A DNA stretch of 13,633 nt from Octopus sinensis (taxonomy: Eukaryota), in the NCBI RefSeq assembly GCF_006345805.1, contig NW_021826163.1, positions 1 through 13,633 on the forward strand, in the 5' to 3' direction. A model generated the notes under the pieces. It did not search any database and was not told where the DNA came from. It saw nothing but the letters and a program-made list of their open reading frames with translations. Positions 7,974 to 13,633 of this stretch are shown here, in pieces. Made by a program: the position numbers and the translations under genes. Position 1 is the first letter of the stretch. The number at the start of each line of letters is the position of its first letter.

Positions 7974-8803
7974 CAGGGTGTGATGGATAAATTGTCGCCA
8001 CTTTATATTTTCCATTTCGCGCATGCGTTTGTTTGTTTTTGATTTTGTCGGCTACACAGTATAGTAGGGTCAGTTGAGCACCGTCTGTGAGAAAATCACC
8101 ACCACGACGCAATTCACCCAGCCAGAAATTGGGAAACAACCTGCTGTATTGCTTGGCATTCGCGCTGGAAGCATCGATACGAACATTTCAGAGTGCAATC
8201 TGGGGACATGTACCAAGAGTGATAAAAATCAAACATCCAGTGATGGTGACGCTATGCCTCCATTCATCTTCCCACACGTCCTGAGACCCAACACAGAGGC
8301 CTACATCAAGTGTCTGGAGGAAGTAGTGCTGCCCTGGGTCAAGCAGGTGGTTGTTGGAAGACCCTATGTCTGGCAACAGGACTCTGTACTATGTCACACA
8401 AGCAGGAGAACCCAATCATGGCTGTCAGTCAATTTCTGTGACATCACCCCTAACATCTGGCCAACTAATTCCCCAGACTGCAACCCCTTGATTATAAAGT
8501 TTGGGGGCGCAGTTGAGCGAGAGACAAACAAAAATCCTTATAACACCGAAGATGAACTGAAGGCAAGGATTAAGGCAGCATTCACCAACCTAAACAAGGA
8601 GAGCATCCAGAAGAGTTGCAGGAGATTCTGAAATCGTCTGGAGGCCGTGGTTGAAACCAAAGGCGATTTTATTGAATAAATTTACTCTTTTAGAGTTTCA
8701 AGATATTTTTATGTAATTTTGGTAAATATATCGGTCAAAATGAGATGTCAGTGTTATTTTCATTTTTACGCGATTTAGACGATAGTTTATTCACCGCACC
8801 CTG
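7974..8803 (+). mobile_element. Internally deleted Tc1/mariner element, DD37D (maT)-like, with both TIRs
   Basis: TIRs 7974-7999 and 8778-8803 begin CAGGGTG and match 20/26 (all six mismatches are transitions); embedded in TA-rich flanks; transposase remnant inside. Confidence 0.9.
8104..8679 (+). pseudogene. Mariner-like transposase remnant
   Basis: WQQDSVLCHTS, WPTNSPDCNPL, and DYKVWG in a shifted frame (8490-8507). Premature TGA at 8629-8631 is followed by NRLEAVVETKGDFIE and TAA (8677-8679). The HTH region and first catalytic Asp are absent. Confidence 0.9.
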
Positions 8804-8815
8804 TGTATATATATA

Positions 8816-8857
<42 letters not shown>

Positions 8858-8895
8858 GGGGGGAGAGAAAGAGGGAGAGAAAGAGGGAGAGAGAG
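8804..8895. repeat. (TA)n followed by (GA)n-rich tract
   Basis: Visible. Confidence 0.95.
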
Positions 8896-9504
8896 GTTTT
8901 TGAAGTGATGTACAGATATTGATTATATATATATTTTTATTTATTTACATCTTATTTACATTTTCAGCGCTTTCTTCCGTTATCGGATTTATCAAAAAAT
9001 GGTTCATATTTAGATTTCTTGGCTTTTTTTCTAAAAACCCTTTCTGGGGCTTGCCAAGCAAGAGAGAAGAAAGAAGAAAATTTTTGTTTGTTTGAGAAGG
9101 AGGGGGAGTTAAAGAGTTGTGGTTTTTGTATCGTCAGACTTGTTTAGTTCTGAGTGTCATTTTAAGGTGGGAGAGGAAAAAGAAGAGAAAGGAAAACAAA
9201 TTTTGTATTTGAATTGGTCAAGGTCTCAGTTAAAAAACCACATGTTGTTTTTGACTTTCTTCAATAAAAATTATAATTGCATTTCCAGGACTTGCTCTTT
9301 TGTGTTCATTAAAGAATAGTTGTTGTATGATGGAGCCAACTTTTTCTGGTTGAAAGTCTAACTTATTATTCTCGAAACATAACAATATCTGTTTCAACAC
9401 ACCATTTCATATCAGGAATCCAACAAAACAAATACATAACCGTAAAAGGATTATAAGCTTTCACTGTATATTTTCTGTAGTCAATATAAGGTGAAGGCTT
9501 ACAA

Positions 9505-9607
<103 letters not shown>

Positions 9608-10074
9608 CAAAGATATACATACATACATTACTTAACATACAGTCCTGGTCGAAGGTCTGAATGATGCAAAGATAAAATTTATTATTATTCTAAATATATT
9701 TTTCTCTAAAGATAAAAAACTAATTATCTACTGACACAAATTACGTAATTTGATGTAAAAATGATGAAATATTATCTCATAATTTCGTCTTCTGTTTGAC
9801 ATTTCTGATACTCTAAGTTATGTCAATATTTTATAAATCTTCAAAGAAAATAACAAATAAACAAAAAAATAAAATAAAAAATAAAAATATTGTTTTGCAT
9901 GGCAATAGATATCAGCTCAGTTGCATGTTTTTGCTGTTGGTAGTGTGTAGAAATCGTTGTCTCAAATTAGTCAGACACGAAATAAAATATGCTTTGCCTC
10001 GCCTGCATCTAGCCACTGGATCATTACACAATACGAACCCGCGGAAAATATATAGAGTCATATATAAGAAAAAA

Positions 10075-10488
10075 AATTTCGGTACTTTTTGGTTATCTCA
10101 CCCCTATTAAAAAATTGGCTTATCTCCCCCACGTTTTACGAGAAATATCGGTACTTTTGGTTATCTCCCTCAACTAAAAGAATTGTTTAACCCTCAATAA
10201 AAGAAATAAAAAATGAAAAATTTCATTAATTTTTCATTTTTTTCATGAAAACTGAAAACAATTAACCATCTTAAAGAATCTGATAACATTTTTATAAGAA
10301 ATCATACCATTCCTATTGAGGGGGTCAAACGTCAACAATGTGTTAAGTATTGAACCAAAAGGATCTAACCCTTTTAATCCAATCTCTTGTCGCCACATAA
10401 ACTCGATTTTTTTAAAGTGGGGAGACAACCCAGTTTTTTAATGGAAATTTTTTTAATGGGGGTGAGATAACCAAAAAGTACTAAAAAT
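10075..10488. mobile_element. MITE / non-autonomous DNA transposon, superfamily unassigned
   Basis: Inverted repeats 10082-10114 and 10449-10481 match 32/33; a second imperfect inverted pair at about 10110-10132 and 10417-10440; extra direct copy of the motif at 10150-10169. Confidence 0.85.
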
Positions 10489-10785
10489 TCAGATTATAAT
10501 GCTTCATAAACCTTGGGATTTAAATAAGAAGACACAGCAGATTTGGCCAAACCGCAAGAACCTGGCCGAACATGATATTGTTGTGTTAGGCGCAAATACG
10601 GATCAGGCCAAGTAGTGAGTTGTATAACATTGCCGTTTGTACTGTTTGTTGTCGGGTTATCTTTTCAATGTTTTATTATAAAATACATTCTTTGTCTTTT
10701 GTCTGTAGAATCAATTACAGTCAATTTACAGTATAGAAATCTTCCAGACCATTGCTTGCCCTAAGCCGGGCGTACATATGTGAGT

Positions 10786-11178
10786 ATGTATGTATGTATG
10801 TACGTATGTATGTATGTATGTATGTATGTATGTATGTATGTATGTATGTATGTATGTATGTATGTATGTATGAATGTGTGTGTGTATGTATGAATGTGTG
10901 TGTATGTATGTATGAATTATGTAGGTATGTATGTATGAATGTATGTATATACGTGTATATATGTCTGTATGTATGTATGTATGTATGTATGAATACACAT
11001 TTTGTCTCTTTGTCATTCATTAATGGTTATATATATATATGTAAGAAATGTCTGTAGATGTGTAAGTATATATATAATACATATAAATGCGTATGTATAT
11101 ATATATATAGATATAATAGATATATATATATATATATGATTGATATAATTATATATATTATATATACATATAAATGCG

Positions 11179-11231
<53 letters not shown>

Positions 11232-11340
11232 ATATATAATATATATATATAGGTGTATGTATGTATAATGTATTATGTATATATGTGTGTGTGTTTCTGT
11301 ATGTGCGGGCAGACGCACACGCACACGCATACATATACAC
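10786..11340. repeat. (TATG)n array followed by interrupted (TA)n
   Basis: Visible. Confidence 0.97.
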
Positions 11341-11477
11341 AGAAAGGTCGAAAAGGGGGGAGAAGAGGCAGACAGAAAAAGAAGACAAAGACAAGGAAGA
11401 AGAGAAAGAAGAAGAGAAAGAAGGAGAAGAGAAGAAGAAGAAGAAGAGGAGGATGAGGAGGAGGAAGATGAAGAGAG
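11341..11477 (+). repeat. Polypurine (GAA/GAG)n low-complexity tract
   Basis: Almost pure A/G on the + strand; generates spurious E/K/R-rich ORFs. Confidence 0.92.
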
Positions 11478-11811
11478 ATTGATTGATTCCTATTTGATTA
11501 TCAAAAACATTATATTTACAATAATTGATTCATTACAGGAAACGGTGTATAATTTTCTAGTGTATACAATAGATTTTAGTGTATTGAAAAAAAAACAACA
11601 TATATATATATATAGAAGACAAAAGAGTTCCACTGTGAAAAGGGTAGACAAACAAATTACAACATAAATATTGAGGTATGGAATGAGACAGACGAGAGGA
11701 ATTATCGTATATTATCGTATCATTAGTCTGAGTGGAATTAACAAAATAACATGGCGGCAAACAAGACGTAGGAGAAAAAAAAAACGTTAAGCTGACAAAC
11801 AACAAAAAAAA

Positions 11812-12081
11812 ATGTATGTATATATATATACACCTTCACATATAAATATACGTACATATATACGTACGTACATTCATACGCGCACACACATACGCGCATA
11901 TATACATATGTATGTATGTATATACACAAGATTATCGATCCCGGCAACAGGCATAGATGCGTACATACATACATACACACACACCCATACATACATGCAT
12001 AGATATGTCTGTCTGTCTATCTATCTATCTACTTACCTATATATATATGCATACATGCATACACACACACACACTCACTCT

Positions 12082-12114
<33 letters not shown>

Positions 12115-12195
12115 TCACTCTCTCTCTCACACACACACAGACACTCACTCTCTCACACACACACACAGACACTCACTCTCACACACACACATGCA
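11812..12195. repeat. Mixed (TA)/(TACA)/(CTAT)/(CA)/(CT) microsatellite
   Basis: Visible. Confidence 0.93.
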
Positions 12196-12261
12196 TTATA
12201 AATATAAATTAAGAGCTGGTGTGGTTCAATTGTTTCTGTAACAACTCAGATTATGTAACCC

Positions 12262-12287
12262 CACATATATATATATATGTATACATT

Positions 12288-12358
<71 letters not shown>

Positions 12359-12485
12359 TATACATTCATTACATATATTATAGTATATATATGTATACAT
12401 TCATACATATATATATATATATAATATCTGTATACATCATACATATATATATATATGCATGTGTGTGTGTGTGTGGTGTATATGT
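12262..12485. repeat. Interrupted (TA)n with a recurring TGTATACATTCATACA unit
   Basis: Visible. Confidence 0.95.
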
Positions 12486-12569
12486 ACAAGACAAATGATG
12501 AAAAAAGATAAAAGATTGTGACAGAATTGGTTTAAATGATATAACACGCATTTAACTGAAAAAATGCTT

Positions 12570-12770
12570 GTTTCTCGTTTAGGGCCAAGGCCAGCAGTTT
12601 TGAGGTGTTCGGTTCTTGATTCCTTTGTACTTTATTTTACCAGCCCCTATAGATTGAAAACGAAACATGCTCTCAGCGGGGTTTGATCTCGTAATGTAAG
12701 GAGCCGGAAAACATATCATAATGCTTATTGTCCGATTCTCTAGTCGTTTCTATCAGGCCACCACCCTAAA
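12570..12770 (-). mobile_element. Old diverged family B-like SINE
   Basis: GTACTT(T)ATTTTACCAGCCCC...GGGGTTTGATCTC (B-box remnant 12678-12690)...CCACCACCCTAA follows the module order of 4168-4306. Confidence 0.65.
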
Positions 12771-12804
12771 TGATATAATCATCATACAATCACTCGTATC
12801 ATAG

Positions 12805-13006
12805 TTGTTTTCTAATTGAGATCATGGTTATAAATTTAAGGAGTGGGGTAACAATAGGTTATGTCTACTCTACAAGTACTTTATTTTTTCCACATCGGAA
12901 GATTAAGATTAAAATTTGACCTGGATGGGATTTGAACTCAAAACAAAAAGAGACAGAATCAATACGGTAAGGTATTTAATGTAACGATATTGCCTATCAC
13001 TGCTCT
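12805..13006 (-). mobile_element. Second old diverged family B-like SINE
   Basis: AGTACTTTATTTT...TTGACCTGGATGGGATTTGAACTCA (B-box remnant 12927-12939). Confidence 0.6.
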
Positions 13007-13044
13007 ATATAGCTGTTGTAATATAACTATATTAATATAACTTG

Positions 13045-13215
13045 GGAGATACAGTATAGCCAAATGAAAAAAAAAATTATCTCGCAATTATGATATCTCG
13101 GGTTCGATTCCACAGCGTCATATCTTATACAAATGTTTCTGTTTCTTTTTGCCATGACCTCGAATCGATCCAAGTCTTGAGATTTTCAATGAGTGAATGG
13201 AAACTGCGTAGGGGC
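13045..13215 (+). mobile_element. Old diverged family A-like SINE head
   Basis: B box GGTTCGATTCC (13101-13111) followed by CACAGCGTCATATCTTATACAAATGTTT...GAATGGAAACTG, aligning loosely with the family A head and CORE-like segment. Confidence 0.6.
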
Positions 13216-13297
13216 CAAAGAAGGACTGTACTTGTAATTTAAAGGGCGATCCTTGTATCACGCTGATTAGGTTTTAGAATTATGTTAAGTATAGACA

Positions 13298-13353
13298 CAG
13301 AGCCGTCTTAGCAACATTAAAGTCACCCGAGAAAGTAAATGTACTGGGCCCTA
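13298..13353 (+). mobile_element. Possible hAT-like MITE terminus
   Basis: CAGAGCCGTCTTAGCAACATT...CTGGGCCCTA resembles recalled CAGGGCCGTCTTAAC...GGGCCCCTA termini; no partner end seen in the window. Confidence 0.3.
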
Positions 13354-13633
13354 TAGTATTATTTATTGACAGCAAGCCGGAGCGTACATAGATCATAATT
13401 GGGTTAAGGCAGTACTGGGTACACATGTCGGTGGGATACTCAGCCACTTTTACTTTAAGTCAATGAAATCGAACAACTAAACACTAATCGCCGAAACTGA
13501 CGGAGATCAATATTATAACGATATAACTGGTGAAATATATGACTGGTAAGATAACACAAATGTTTCAATTTTTTTTTTCGCTACAACCTTGTGGCAAAAG
13601 ATACAGCCCTTTCTTCAGTTCCTCCTTTTTGCT

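Noticed and set aside
8960-9500. Unique-looking segment, possibly a LINE relic
   Set aside because: No RT or endonuclease motif found in any frame.
11253-11667. E/K/R-rich ORFs
   Set aside because: Products of the polypurine low-complexity tract.
11745-11771. AACATGGCGGC YY1/Kozak-like motif
   Set aside because: The ORF closes after 6 codons and there is no promoter context.

Overview
AT-rich eukaryotic non-coding DNA (intergenic or deep intronic), made almost entirely of microsatellites and transposon relics. The SINE families and (TACA)n/(TA)n/(CA)n load match what I recall of octopus (coleoid cephalopod) genomes; this taxon is an inference. No intact host gene is supported, and most ORFs in the supplied track are microsatellite or purine-tract artefacts. 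Supported elements: a CR1/L2-group LINE 3' end; two tRNA-headed SINE families (about 9 copies or fragments, one with a 13-bp TSD); three decayed Tc1/mariner-superfamily transposases (Tigger/pogo split by a SINE, Tc2/pogo-like, and an internally deleted DD37D/maT element with both TIRs); a 178-bp foldback element; and a MITE. The most interesting signals are (1) a 35-nt Penelope-type minimal hammerhead ribozyme fold at 1882-1916 (-), (2) a 3'-terminal motif plus co-varying hairpin shared by the LINE and one SINE family, and (3) a SINE with twin-priming-like 5' inversion geometry. Family names come from recalled motifs, not database searches.
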